NCBI GenBank assembly: GCA_025351145.1
Contig: JANXWM010000329.1
Coordinates: 1-38,185 of the forward strand
Source of the DNA: Chitinophagaceae bacterium
GTDB lineage: Bacteria; Bacteroidota; Bacteroidia; Chitinophagales; Chitinophagaceae
Direction of reading: 5' to 3'
DNA length: 38,185 bases
Both the position numbers and the translations under genes were made by a program. The notes under the pieces were generated by a model, which was not told the origin of the DNA, did not search any database, and saw only the letters and a list, made by a program, of their open reading frames with translations. How positions within the stretch are numbered: the first letter of the stretch is position 1; each line of letters begins with the position of its first letter. Positions 18,761 through 28,299 of the stretch are shown here, piece after piece.

Positions 18761-20257
18761 TTAATTTCCAAAAGCTTTGATCACTTCTTTTGCAACCACT
18801 TCGCCGCTTATTAAACTTGGCGGAACACCCGGCCCCGGAACCGTTAGCTGACCTGTGTAAAAAAGATTCTTTACTTTTTTACTGCGGCACGCCGGTTTCA
18901 AAACCGCAGTTTGCATTAGCGTATTCGCCAACCCATAAGCATTTCCCTTAAAAGCATTGTAATCATTTACGAAATCACTGTGGGCATAAGTTTTTTTATA
19001 GATAATACTATCCATTATATTTTGGCCGATGCGTTTTTCCATTCTTGTAACAATCATTTCAAAATATCGTTCACGCAATTCTTCAGAATCATTTGCCAAG
19101 CCTGCAGCTACAGGAATTAGAAAAAATAAATTTTCGCAACCTTCCGGTGCAACTGTGTTATCCGTTACAGATGTTGCACTAACATAAAATAATGGATCTT
19201 TCGGCCATTCTTTTGTTTCATAAATTTCTTTACCATGCACTTCAAATGAAGTATCGAAGAACAAAGAATGATGACGTATATCCGTTAGTTTTTTATTTAA
19301 CCCAACATAATAAATAAGGCAACCAGGAGCCATTACACGGCTATTCCAATAACTCTCTGTATAACTTTGATATGTTTTGGACAATAATGCAGTTTCAATA
19401 TGGTGATAGTCTGCACCACCAATTATTACATCTGCTTCATACGTATTTGTCTGTTTACCATTTAAAGTTGTTGTAACTACTTTTTCGGCAGCGCTATTTT
19501 CAACAACAATTTCACTTACATCAGAGTTAAAATAAAATTTAACACCAAGCTCCACAGCAAGTTTATACATGCCTTCCACAATACTGTACAATCCACCTTC
19601 TGGATACCAGGTGCCGCCTTTAATATCCGCATAATTCATCAGGCTGTAAAGCGCTGGGGTTTTCTCGGGTAAAGCACCAAGAAACAGCACAGGAAATTCC
19701 ATTAGCTGCTTTAATGACGGATGCTTGAAATACTTGCTCACATGCGTTTTTATGGAATTAAACACTTCAAGCCGGAGTATTCCGGTTACCAGATCCCAGT
19801 CTAAAAATTCAGTTAGTGATTGCCCCGGTTTATATACTAATTTATTTATTCCAACTTTATATTTATAAGAAGCCTCTTCAAGAAATTTGTCTAATTGAAC
19901 AGAACTACCTGGCTCTATGCTCTCGAATAATTGTTTAAAGGCATTATAGTCTGCAGGGATATCTGTCTCGTTGTTTTCCCAATAAACCCTGTAAGAAGGG
20001 TTAAGACGATGGAGCGCATAATAATCTGAAACTTTTTTACCGAACGAATTAAAGAAATGTTCAAAAACATCGGGCATCCAGTACCAGCTTGGGCCCATAT
20101 CAAAAGTGAAACCATTTGCTTTTAGCTGTCTTGCCCTGCCTCCCGGAATATCATGTTTTTCAAGCACAGTAACCTGCCATCCTGCTTTAGCCATAAAACA
20201 TGCTGCCGATAAACCGGCAAAACCAGCACCAATGATGATAACTTTTTTGTTCACCAT
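18761..20257 (-). CDS. crtI: Phytoene desaturase
   Basis: IIGAGFAGL, FDMGPSWYWMPD, GNAYGLANTL.QT, GQLTVPGPGVPPSLISG. Confidence 0.93.
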   Translation of the reverse strand: MVNKKVIIIGAGFAGLSAACFMAKAGWQVTVLEKHDIPGGRARQLKANGFTFDMGPSWYWMPDVFEHFFNSFGKKVSDYYALHRLNPSYRVYWENNETDIPADYNAFKQLFESIEPGSSVQLDKFLEEASYKYKVGINKLVYKPGQSLTEFLDWDLVTGILRLEVFNSIKTHVSKYFKHPSLKQLMEFPVLFLGALPEKTPALYSLMNYADIKGGTWYPEGGLYSIVEGMYKLAVELGVKFYFNSDVSEIVVENSAAEKVVTTTLNGKQTNTYEADVIIGGADYHHIETALLSKTYQSYTESYWNSRVMAPGCLIYYVGLNKKLTDIRHHSLFFDTSFEVHGKEIYETKEWPKDPLFYVSATSVTDNTVAPEGCENLFFLIPVAAGLANDSEELRERYFEMIVTRMEKRIGQNIMDSIIYKKTYAHSDFVNDYNAFKGNAYGLANTLMQTAVLKPACRSKKVKNLFYTGQLTVPGPGVPPSLISGEVVAKEVIKAFGN

Positions 20258-20290
20258 TGTTTAAACTTAAGCAAACGGTTTGTAAATTTT

Positions 20291-20791
20291 CTAAAATCTT
20301 TCAACATGTACTTTCAGCAATTTCCGGGCAAAGTGTATTCGGCTTTTTATAGTTCCAAGCGGTTCTCCCAGCATGTCTGCAATTTCGTGGTATTTAAAAC
20401 CATCGTAATACAGCAGGAATGGGTTTTTAAAAATTTCAGGAAGATTGAAGATCGCTTCATGCACTTCCTTCATATTAATATTACTTATGGCTTCGTTAGC
20501 AGTAGTAACCTGGTTAAAGTCGAGCAGGAAGTCATTGGGTGTATTATCAAAAACGGTATTCTGCTTCGATTTGCGGCGATAATTATTAATAAAAATATTC
20601 CGCATAATTGTGTACAGCCATGCTTTTATATTTGTACCTACATTATATTTTTCCCTGTTTGCTAAAGCCCTGAACATTGTTTCCTGAAACAGGTCTTTTG
20701 CAGTTTCAGAATCCCTGGTAAGAGTTATCGCAAAGGGCCTTAAAAATTCTGCGCTGCTCAAAAGCATCTGGTTAAAATCTAAAGTGGCCAT
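20291..20791 (-). CDS. ECF RNA polymerase sigma factor
   Basis: AKDLFQET, KAWLYTIMRN, Y.EIA.ML..PLGTIKSRI..AR. Confidence 0.93.
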   Translation of the reverse strand: MATLDFNQMLLSSAEFLRPFAITLTRDSETAKDLFQETMFRALANREKYNVGTNIKAWLYTIMRNIFINNYRRKSKQNTVFDNTPNDFLLDFNQVTTANEAISNINMKEVHEAIFNLPEIFKNPFLLYYDGFKYHEIADMLGEPLGTIKSRIHFARKLLKVHVERF

Positions 20792-21059
20792 GATTTTATG
20801 TTTAACTAATTTACTGTAAAGTTAAACAAAATGTTTTTACTAAGCCAAATAAAATATTTAAAAGAAAATTTAAAACACCAGAAAAAAAAGCTTTAAAAGT
20901 TGGTATATCTGAATTTAAGTGCAAAACTGCTGTTCTAAAAATTAAAACTTTTCTGATAAAAAGAATTATAACTGCAGAGCAAAATGTTACAGCAGCATTA
21001 CATAAACAGGATGTTGAAAGCTCAAATGAATTTCGAACCCCGTCTCAGCGGGGCAAGCT

Positions 21060-21116
21060 GTACAAGTGTGCGACGCAAGAGGCGATGCCCAATGTTATGA
21101 AAGCCGGGTAAATAAA
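21060..21116 (+). repeat. Dispersed element copy 14
   Basis: GTACAAGTGTGCGACGCAA at 21060-21078, 24-nt spacer, GCCGGGTAAATAAA. Confidence 0.93.
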
Positions 21117-21179
21117 CTTTTGTTTTGAAATTTAAATCCTCATAAACTTTATGACTCAAAAGGAAATAAGCATAGTGAA

Positions 21180-22058
21180 TCAAAGTACTGTAATGTACTC
21201 CATTACTTCGTGCAGGGAACGCTTGAGATGAGTATTGGAAGGCGTTTTTTTCTTATAAGCTTGCGAAACCTGGCCGGATATAATCAATGGCGTTGCGGGG
21301 ATCCGGAGATTGATCTTAGTAAGAAATTTTTCAAAATTAAAATGCTGCGCAACAGATGTAAGGTGAGCATACAAAAAATCTGGTTTTTTTAATTTTGTAA
21401 CATACTCAATATCTGCCAAAGGCACGTTGGCCCCAATGTACAAAACCTTTACCCCCCTGCTTTTCAGCAGATAATACATGAACAGTAAACCCAGCTCATG
21501 GTGCTCGCCTTCGGGCAGAAAAAGCAATGCCGTTTTGTTCACTTTTATGTGGCAGATCGTACTCTCTATACCCACAATTAACTTTTGCCTGATGATATTT
21601 GTAACAAGATGTTCCTGTGCCGGATTAATATGATTGGTAACCCACAGGATGCCAATTTTTTCGAGGTATGGAAAGATAATATAAGTAATGGTTTTTTCTA
21701 TGCCACGTGCAGATATATAATTGTCAAGCACCGTTTCAAATGAATCCATATCCATGTCAGCCATGTGCTGTATCAGGTCATTGATGATGCGTTCCTGATT
21801 TGCTTCAGCCTGCGAAAGAGAAAGTATTTTGTCTTTAATTTCGCTGCTGCTCATCTTATCAATATGCGAAATTTTAAAGCCGTATTTATTGAGCAGTGAA
21901 ATATTTAAAATCGTTTTTAATTCATCGTTCGTATAGTACCGTATATTGGTTTCGGTGCGCTGCGGATTTAAAAAAGAATAGCGCTGCTCCCATATACGAA
22001 TGGTATGCGCTTTTATACCAGAGAGGCTTTCCAGGTCTTTTATTGTAAAGGCATTCAT
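21180..22058 (-). CDS. MerR-family regulator with cobalamin-binding domain (CarH/LitR-like)
   Basis: SGIKAHTIRIWEQRY HTH; W-x9-EH (WVTNHINPAQEH) and E-x-H-x2-G (EHHELG). Confidence 0.9.
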   Translation of the reverse strand: MNAFTIKDLESLSGIKAHTIRIWEQRYSFLNPQRTETNIRYYTNDELKTILNISLLNKYGFKISHIDKMSSSEIKDKILSLSQAEANQERIINDLIQHMADMDMDSFETVLDNYISARGIEKTITYIIFPYLEKIGILWVTNHINPAQEHLVTNIIRQKLIVGIESTICHIKVNKTALLFLPEGEHHELGLLFMYYLLKSRGVKVLYIGANVPLADIEYVTKLKKPDFLYAHLTSVAQHFNFEKFLTKINLRIPATPLIISGQVSQAYKKKTPSNTHLKRSLHEVMEYITVL

Positions 22059-22136
22059 AATATGTATTACAATATTCCGTATTTATTTGTTTAATCTGGT
22101 ATCTATTTTTTTTAAACAATAAAATTAGAGAAAATG

Positions 22137-22192
22137 TTTTTTTACCGGGCAATAAATCCACACTCATCGTTCCTTGCGTCGCACTCTTGTAC
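22137..22192 (-). repeat. Dispersed element copy 15
   Basis: Exact core at 22174-22192, 23-nt spacer, tail GCCCGGTAAAAAAA. Confidence 0.95.
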
Positions 22193-22288
22193 TTCATAAG
22201 ATTTATCGTCAATGGGCTAACTATTTTCAAACCGCTGTGTTATTTAGCCGGTATTTATTGTTTTGAAAATTAACCAGGCTTTACACTT

Positions 22289-22435
22289 ATGAAACAAAAG
22301 AAAAAAGAAAACTTTCCTTCTAAAATCTGTTTTGTTTGCGGCAGGCCCTTTTCCTGGCGCAAAAAATGGGAAAAGGTTTGGGCCGAGGTAAAATACTGCA
22401 GCAATAAATGCAGGCAACACAAATCATCAACCTAA
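22289..22435 (+). CDS. DUF2256-like small Cys-rich protein (48 aa; absent from the ORF track)
   Basis: [48 protein letters not shown]. Confidence 0.88.
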   Translation: MKQKKKENFPSKICFVCGRPFSWRKKWEKVWAEVKYCSNKCRQHKSST

Positions 22436-23148
22436 ATAGCCTGGTGATTAAACGGCTGCAGCACCATTTCGCTAACCACGCCGCTTACAGGCTGCTGGCA
22501 AAGAAACCAGATTGCTTTTGCTGCTTCTTCCGTATTGATCATTTTATCTTTTTGTACCCGCAGGTCAATCACATCCCAGAAAGGAGTATTCACGCCGCCC
22601 ATAAATAAATTGGTAATCCTGATATTGGTTCTTTTTAATTCTTCTCTTATGCTTTGCATCATTCCTACAAGTCCGTATTTACTTGCACTGTAAGCCGCAG
22701 CACCAGCCATTGGTACTTTGCCCAGCACGCCGGGAATATTGATAATAAGCCCTGTTTTAGCTTCTTTCATTGCAGGCAGAAAAGCTTTTACCAAAAGAAA
22801 ACTTGCCACCAGATTGGTATTTAAAGATTGCAGAAAATCGGGTTCACTTAACTGCTCAAGAGGTTTAATGATCCCGATGCCTGATGTATTTACCAGCACG
22901 TCAATAGTTTGAAACACTTGAAAATAGGCTTGTTTAAGCAACTCTACCTGGGTGCTGTTGCATAGGTCGGCAGCAAACATTCTTTCTTCCGGTATTTTGT
23001 TTTCAACACCAATTTGCCCCAGTTTTTCTTTATTACGACCAGTAATAAACACATTGGCGCCGCCGCTTACAAGCAACTTAACCGTGTGCGAACCTATTCC
23101 GCCTGTGGCACCGGCTACAAGGATATTTTTCCCTTTTATTGTTTCCAT
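22432..23148 (-). CDS. SDR-family oxidoreductase
   Basis: GATGGIG and YSASK motifs. Confidence 0.92.
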   Translation of the reverse strand: METIKGKNILVAGATGGIGSHTVKLLVSGGANVFITGRNKEKLGQIGVENKIPEERMFAADLCNSTQVELLKQAYFQVFQTIDVLVNTSGIGIIKPLEQLSEPDFLQSLNTNLVASFLLVKAFLPAMKEAKTGLIINIPGVLGKVPMAGAAAYSASKYGLVGMMQSIREELKRTNIRITNLFMGGVNTPFWDVIDLRVQKDKMINTEEAAKAIWFLCQQPVSGVVSEMVLQPFNHQAI

Positions 23149-23276
23149 AGTTTTTAAATATATAGTTGCTCAAAATTTTTGTTACAACAAAAGCATGTAT
23201 CAATTGTTCTCTAACGTTGAATAAAGCACGGGCTTTAAGATACGCTTCGGTAAAAGCTTCATTCATATCCTGCAGA

Positions 23277-23334
23277 TGAAAGGATTGCGACGCAACAGGC
23301 GATGCCATGAAATACTACAGCCGGTATTACAAAA
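23277..23334 (+). repeat. Dispersed element copy 16 (5' core diverged)
   Basis: TTGCGACGCAACAGGCGATGCC, 24-nt spacer, GCCGGTATTACAAAA; upstream CGCTTCGGTAAAAGCT identical to 4063-4078. Confidence 0.85.
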
Positions 23335-23369
23335 GTGTAACCTTTAACAGCGACAAATAATATTGAAAC

Positions 23370-24878
23370 ATGGATGTTTGCATTGTTTTTCCACACCAGC
23401 TTTTTAAGCAGCACCCTGCTATTGAAGAAGAAAGAGCTGTTTATATTGTAGAAGAAGCTTTATATTTTAACCAGTTTATATTTCATAAACAAAAACTGTT
23501 GCTGCACAGGGCAAGCATGCAATTCTATGCGGAATTTCTCGCAGCCAAAAAGCTTACCGTTCATTATATAGATGCACAGCAAGAAATCTGCAGCATAGAA
23601 AAATTAGTGCAGCACCTTGCAGATAAAAAGGTTAAGCAAATACACATTGCCGAAGTTGCAGATAACTGGCTGCAGCGAAAACTGCAAAGAGCATGCATAC
23701 GGACTAACATTAAATTAATCATTTACCGTACGCCAAACTTTCTAAACAGCATGGAAGATGTGAACGGGTTCTTTAAAGAAAAGAAAACATATTTTCAAAC
23801 AGATTTTTATATTGATCAGCGCAAAAAAAGAAAGCTGCTGCTCGATGCATCCGGTAAACCACAAGGTGGTAAATGGACTTTTGATGCTGACAACCGTTTA
23901 AAGTTTCCAAAACAGGAGAAGGTACCCGCAATTGCTTTACCTGCCGCAAATAAATACATTGAGGAAGCAACCGACTATATACAAACAAACTACCCGGATA
24001 ATTACGGGAGCCTAAACGCACCTTTTGTAAACAACAATTCGCAATCGGGTTATCCCTGCACATTTGAAGAAGCAGAAAACTGGCTTGATGATTTTTTAAA
24101 AGTCCGGTTTTCAAAATTTGGTGTTTACGAAGATGCCATGGTGGCAAACGAACACGTGCTGTATCACAGTGTGCTTACGCCCATGCTCAACATTGGTTTA
24201 CTAAACCCGCAACAGGTTATTGATAAAGCCTTAGATGCAGCAGTAAGATACAATGTGCCCTTAAATTCCGTAGAAGGTTTTATACGCCAGGTTACAGGCT
24301 GGCGTGAGTTTATACGCATTGTGTACGAACGCGAAGGCAGTAAACAGCGCACCAAAAACTATTGGGGGTTTACGAGGAAAATACCGCGGAGTTTTTGGAA
24401 TGCAACAACCGGTATTGCACCCGTTGATACAGTAATAAAGAAAACTTTACAAAGCGGTTATGCTCATCATATAGAACGCTTAATGGTATTGGGCAACTTT
24501 ATGCTGCTTTGCGAATTTGACCCCGATGAAGTCTATAAATGGTTTATGGAAATGTATGTGGATGCGTATGATTGGGTAATGGTGCCCAATGTTTATGGGA
24601 TGACACAGTTTGCCGATGGCGGACTAATGACCACCAAACCCTATATCAGCGGCAGCAATTATCTTATGAAAATGGGCAACTGGCCAAAAGGTGACTGGCA
24701 GCAGATTTGGGATGGTTTATTCTGGCGTTTTATGCATGTACACCGCAGCTTCTTTCTTACCAACCCAAGGCTGGGCATGCTTGTAAATACATTCGATAAA
24801 ATGAGCACTGATAAAAAAAATATTCATCTTGCCAATGCACAAAATTTTCTTTACCAACTCGATCAATCTTTAATATGA
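23370..24878 (+). CDS. Cryptochrome/photolyase-family protein of the PhrB/CryB-related clade
   Basis: HKQKLLLHRASM, GGKWTFDADNR, FG.YEDAM, EGFIRQ..GWREF, HHIERLM, DAYDWV..PNVYGM, KPYISGSNY..KM. Confidence 0.92.
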   Translation: MDVCIVFPHQLFKQHPAIEEERAVYIVEEALYFNQFIFHKQKLLLHRASMQFYAEFLAAKKLTVHYIDAQQEICSIEKLVQHLADKKVKQIHIAEVADNWLQRKLQRACIRTNIKLIIYRTPNFLNSMEDVNGFFKEKKTYFQTDFYIDQRKKRKLLLDASGKPQGGKWTFDADNRLKFPKQEKVPAIALPAANKYIEEATDYIQTNYPDNYGSLNAPFVNNNSQSGYPCTFEEAENWLDDFLKVRFSKFGVYEDAMVANEHVLYHSVLTPMLNIGLLNPQQVIDKALDAAVRYNVPLNSVEGFIRQVTGWREFIRIVYEREGSKQRTKNYWGFTRKIPRSFWNATTGIAPVDTVIKKTLQSGYAHHIERLMVLGNFMLLCEFDPDEVYKWFMEMYVDAYDWVMVPNVYGMTQFADGGLMTTKPYISGSNYLMKMGNWPKGDWQQIWDGLFWRFMHVHRSFFLTNPRLGMLVNTFDKMSTDKKNIHLANAQNFLYQLDQSLI

Positions 24879-25375
24879 CCCTTCGTAAAAAGCCATGGAA
24901 CAGGATCGATCTGCCTGTATACTCCATCAGCAGTACCGATGGTAATGGTAATTACAACATGCACATAATTACATATGCATCGCAGATAAGCATGCAGCCA
25001 AAACAGTTTGTATGTGGTATTTACTACGGCACCAAAACGCTTGAAAACATTGGCCTTTACAACAAATTTGTGTTGCAGATACTTGCAAAAGAGCAGTATG
25101 TTTTGGTAAATATGCTCGGCAAAAAATCGGGCAACAGCACCAATAAAATGGCTTACCTGCAAAAGCGGGGTTTACTTATAGCATGGAAAAACTACCAGGT
25201 GTTAAAGGATGCACTGGCGGTAGTTGAGCTGGAGGCGCTGCCCGTAATATTGCCCGATACGAAAACTCCCGACCACAAAATATTTCTCTGCAATGTGCTT
25301 GATTACAAAAACATGAATGAAGGAACCCCTTTAACGCTCGATGTTTTAAGAGAGCAGAAAATCATCCGTATATAA
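24875..25375 (+). CDS. Flavin reductase-like protein
   Basis: ISMQP, KTLEN, LGKKSG...K, DH motifs; ATGA-type overlap with the upstream gene end. Confidence 0.75.
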   Translation: MTLRKKPWNRIDLPVYSISSTDGNGNYNMHIITYASQISMQPKQFVCGIYYGTKTLENIGLYNKFVLQILAKEQYVLVNMLGKKSGNSTNKMAYLQKRGLLIAWKNYQVLKDALAVVELEALPVILPDTKTPDHKIFLCNVLDYKNMNEGTPLTLDVLREQKIIRI

Positions 25376-25401
25376 AATAAAACCGATTGCTGTGTTATTG
25401 A

Positions 25402-25461
25402 TTTTTTTTGACCCGGGCAGCAGAATATCTATTCACCGTTCCTTGCGTCGCACTCTTGTAC
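25402..25461 (-). repeat. Dispersed element copy 17
   Basis: Exact core at 25443-25461, 24-nt spacer, tail GCCCGGGTCAAAAAAAA. Confidence 0.95.
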
Positions 25462-25654
25462 GTTCAGAATTCTATTCAGCCAAAAGACCAGCAAAAATTG
25501 AAAATCCTCTTTTCAAGGCACATTTTTGAGGATATACAGATTAAGTATGTGGATTAGTTGTGGGAGCATATATTTCCTGTAATGGAAAAAAATGTTAGAT
25601 TGCGTTGGTTTATTACGCAGTAAAGCTATTACTAACCATTAAATTATTAGAAAC

Positions 25655-25861
25655 ATGGACACTTCGAAAATGATTAAAGCATATTGCCTTAAGACAAAGG
25701 AAAAAAATGTTCCCTTGCAGGATGCAGTAGTTACCAAAACAGCCAAAGGCGGTTATATGGCTACCGGTCATGATGGAAAAGGCAATAAAATGGCAGCTAT
25801 TCTTGGCGAAGCCAAAGCACTTCAGGCAATTGCTGATGGTGTTGCTAAAAAAGGATTTTAG
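25655..25861 (+). CDS. Small basic hypothetical protein (68 aa), DUF5679-like
   Basis: ATG ORF followed by a terminator; AYCLK...G.YM..G....G.KM pattern. Confidence 0.75.
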   Translation: MDTSKMIKAYCLKTKEKNVPLQDAVVTKTAKGGYMATGHDGKGNKMAAILGEAKALQAIADGVAKKGF

Positions 25862-25884
25862 ATTTATTTCTCTGCAAAAAAATT

Positions 25885-25915
25885 AAAGCCCGGCATTTTA
25901 AAATGCCGGGCTTTT
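25885..25915 (+). terminator. Intrinsic terminator
   Basis: AAAGCCCGGCATTTTAAAATGCCGGGCTTTT, perfect inverted repeat. Confidence 0.85.
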
Positions 25916-25955
25916 GTATGCGTTAAAAGTTGTTGAACCCAAATTTTGCAGTAGA

Positions 25956-26013
25956 TTTTTTTGAGCCAAACAACGGTTATTTGGGCATCGTTCCTTGCGT
26001 CGCACACTTGTAC
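25956..26013 (-). repeat. Dispersed element copy 18
   Basis: TTGCGTCGCACACTTGTAC at 25995-26013, 23-nt spacer, tail GTTTGGCTCAAAAAAA. Confidence 0.9.
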
Positions 26014-26082
26014 AGTATAACATTTGGTGACTTTCAACAGCCAATACACCCAACTGCAAAATCCGGGGTTAAATAAAATTAA

Positions 26083-27900
26083 TTATTCCTTCACCAGTTT
26101 TTCTATGCTTGTTTTATCTGTGTCGTAGTGGATTTTTATAAGGTAAGTTCCCGCAGACAACGCATGTACATTAAGCATAAAATTATTCATCCCTGCATTG
26201 GCTGTACCTGTTTTGCTTAACAGTATTTTCCCGGCAATGTCATAAACTGAAATACTGTAAGCTGATTGCTTAAATGAATTAAACATCAGTTTTACATTTG
26301 TTGTTGCAGGATTTGGAGAAATGGTAAAACTGTTTTCTTTGTTTATTTCATCTTCTGATTGTGCTGTAGCTGCAAATGCAGGAAGCGTTGTAAAGCTTGT
26401 TGCTGTAGCGTATGCAGAATATTGAAGCGAACATTTTGAACGCACTTTCCATGTATAATTTGTGTTTGCTGTTAAGCCGCTTAATTTAAAGAATGCGTTG
26501 GCAGTGTTGATGGTTGAAACAGCACCACCTGTTGCACCAAATTTTATTTGGTATTTTACTGCTCCCTGCGCAGCATTCCAGTTTAACCTTGCAGTTGTTT
26601 GCTTAATACTTGTTGTTGCCGGATTAGAAGGTGCAGCAGAACATGCCGCCTCAATAGTAATACTGTCGCTCGTTAACTGTAAAGCTGTAACGATAGCATT
26701 ATTCACTTTTACAAAATACACACCGGGAGAATCTACAATAAAAGCAGAATCGCCTACAATGGTTTTATATAAACTGTTGTTCCTGTACCATTGGTAAGTG
26801 TTGTTGCTTAGTGTGCCGCCTGCATGAACAGAAAGTTTACCATAAGCGCCTTGCGGGGTGTAGGTGATGGTAATGTTTAATTGGGGGGAATAGTTAAAAG
26901 AATAAAGATGGTTATTGGATACTATATATTCTAGGCTATCAAAATTGAAATGATTATTGTCAATATAAAGGGAAGCAAAATTTTTTAGATTTGTTAGTGT
27001 TGTTGGTATAGGCCCGGATAACTCATTATTGCTTAAGGATAAATATGAAATGTTTATAAGGTTGCCAAAATTTGTCGGCAAAACGCCTGTTAATTTATTA
27101 TGATCTAATGCAAGTTGAACTATGTTTGTCCTTGTGCCCAACCAGTCAGGGATACTTCCAGAGAACTGATTATGATCTAACCCTATTTCTCCATAAGGAT
27201 TTGATGTATGAAAATCAGGGATGGGACCAGAAAACTGATTGTTATATAAAAAAAGATCAGAAATCTTAGTGGTGTTGGTCAAAGGAGGTACCGAACCTGA
27301 TAATTGATTATTGGAAACCCCTAATATTTGAAGATTCTGGAGAGTACTAAAACTTGAAGGTATCGGGCCTGTAAGTTTGTTATTGTCCAATTGAATACCT
27401 ATGAGACTTGGTAGATAACCGATTGATGAAGGAATCGATCCTGTTAATTGATTATTCTGCAGTTGAATTGAAATAAGTTTTGTAAAACTGCTGGGAAATG
27501 CTGGAATTGAACCAGATATTTGGCAACCATCGATTGCTAAAGTAACAAGCTTCGAAAGATTTGCAAATGAGGATGGTATAGTACCACTTATTTTATTATA
27601 ATCAATTACTAAGGTATAAAGCTCTGAAAGATTACCGAGTGAAGCGGGGAGTGTGCCATTTAAATTATTGTCGAAGTTAAAATATAACTGTACAACACGA
27701 TTATTTTCAACATATACCCTAAACCAAGTGCTTACTGGGCCACTCAACCAGCCATCTTTTATATACCAGTTAGGGCCATCTGTGCTGTTGTATAAATCTA
27801 CCAAAGCAAGGGAATCATTTACGTTTACCTGTGCAGTGCTGTTGTTTGCTTTGCAAATACAAAGGGCCGTGATGATGAATAAGATAAAGATGCGTTTCAT
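26083..27900 (-). CDS. T9SS-secreted leucine-rich-repeat protein with Ig-like and FN3 domains
   Basis: DSLALVDLYNST.G.NW cap; about ten L..N.L(S/T)G.IP repeats; YQWYRN; LSGLTANTNYTWKVR; ISPNPA...GTY...KLVKE. Confidence 0.92.
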   Translation of the reverse strand: MKRIFILFIITALCICKANNSTAQVNVNDSLALVDLYNSTDGPNWYIKDGWLSGPVSTWFRVYVENNRVVQLYFNFDNNLNGTLPASLGNLSELYTLVIDYNKISGTIPSSFANLSKLVTLAIDGCQISGSIPAFPSSFTKLISIQLQNNQLTGSIPSSIGYLPSLIGIQLDNNKLTGPIPSSFSTLQNLQILGVSNNQLSGSVPPLTNTTKISDLFLYNNQFSGPIPDFHTSNPYGEIGLDHNQFSGSIPDWLGTRTNIVQLALDHNKLTGVLPTNFGNLINISYLSLSNNELSGPIPTTLTNLKNFASLYIDNNHFNFDSLEYIVSNNHLYSFNYSPQLNITITYTPQGAYGKLSVHAGGTLSNNTYQWYRNNSLYKTIVGDSAFIVDSPGVYFVKVNNAIVTALQLTSDSITIEAACSAAPSNPATTSIKQTTARLNWNAAQGAVKYQIKFGATGGAVSTINTANAFFKLSGLTANTNYTWKVRSKCSLQYSAYATATSFTTLPAFAATAQSEDEINKENSFTISPNPATTNVKLMFNSFKQSAYSISVYDIAGKILLSKTGTANAGMNNFMLNVHALSAGTYLIKIHYDTDKTSIEKLVKE

Positions 27901-28043
27901 AAAAAAAATATTTGGGTTATAGTTGAAGATAAAAATATTATTTGAAGCGGCAGGTTAAATTAAAAACAGCAACGCACAGTTGATAAACTAAAATACAGGG
28001 TTATGTATTTAATTCGCAAACGCTTTTTATCTACGCATTATCT

Positions 28044-28184
28044 ATTGCCCCGATCCTTTAGGTCGGGGTAAATTAATAAATATTATTAACGGCTTTAGCC
28101 ACAGCCATTTCACATTGCGAATGTTGGGCTAAAGCCCGAAACCCGAAAAGCAATCTTTATCCCCGTGCTAAAGCACAGGGCAAT
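28044..28184. repeat. REPIN/MITE-like nested palindromic element (CTAAAG-loop family)
   Basis: Outer inverted arms ATTGCCCCGATCCTTTAGGTCGGGG and CCCCGTGCTAAAGCACAGGGCAAT; inner arms GGCTTTAGCC and GGGCTAAAGCCC. Confidence 0.8.
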
Positions 28185-28299
28185 GGATTTGTGAACTATT
28201 TAGATAATTCTGTAAAATTATTGATACGGCAGTCTGCTGGTATTACCTTCGGTTCTGAGCGGGGCATGGCTGTTGGTTTTGCTGCTGCATAATCCGAAC

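Noticed and set aside
25615-25627. ACGCAGTAAAGCT as a remnant plus-strand copy that would restore alternation between copies 17 and 18
   Set aside because: Too short, with no tail or GTAC part; may be chance
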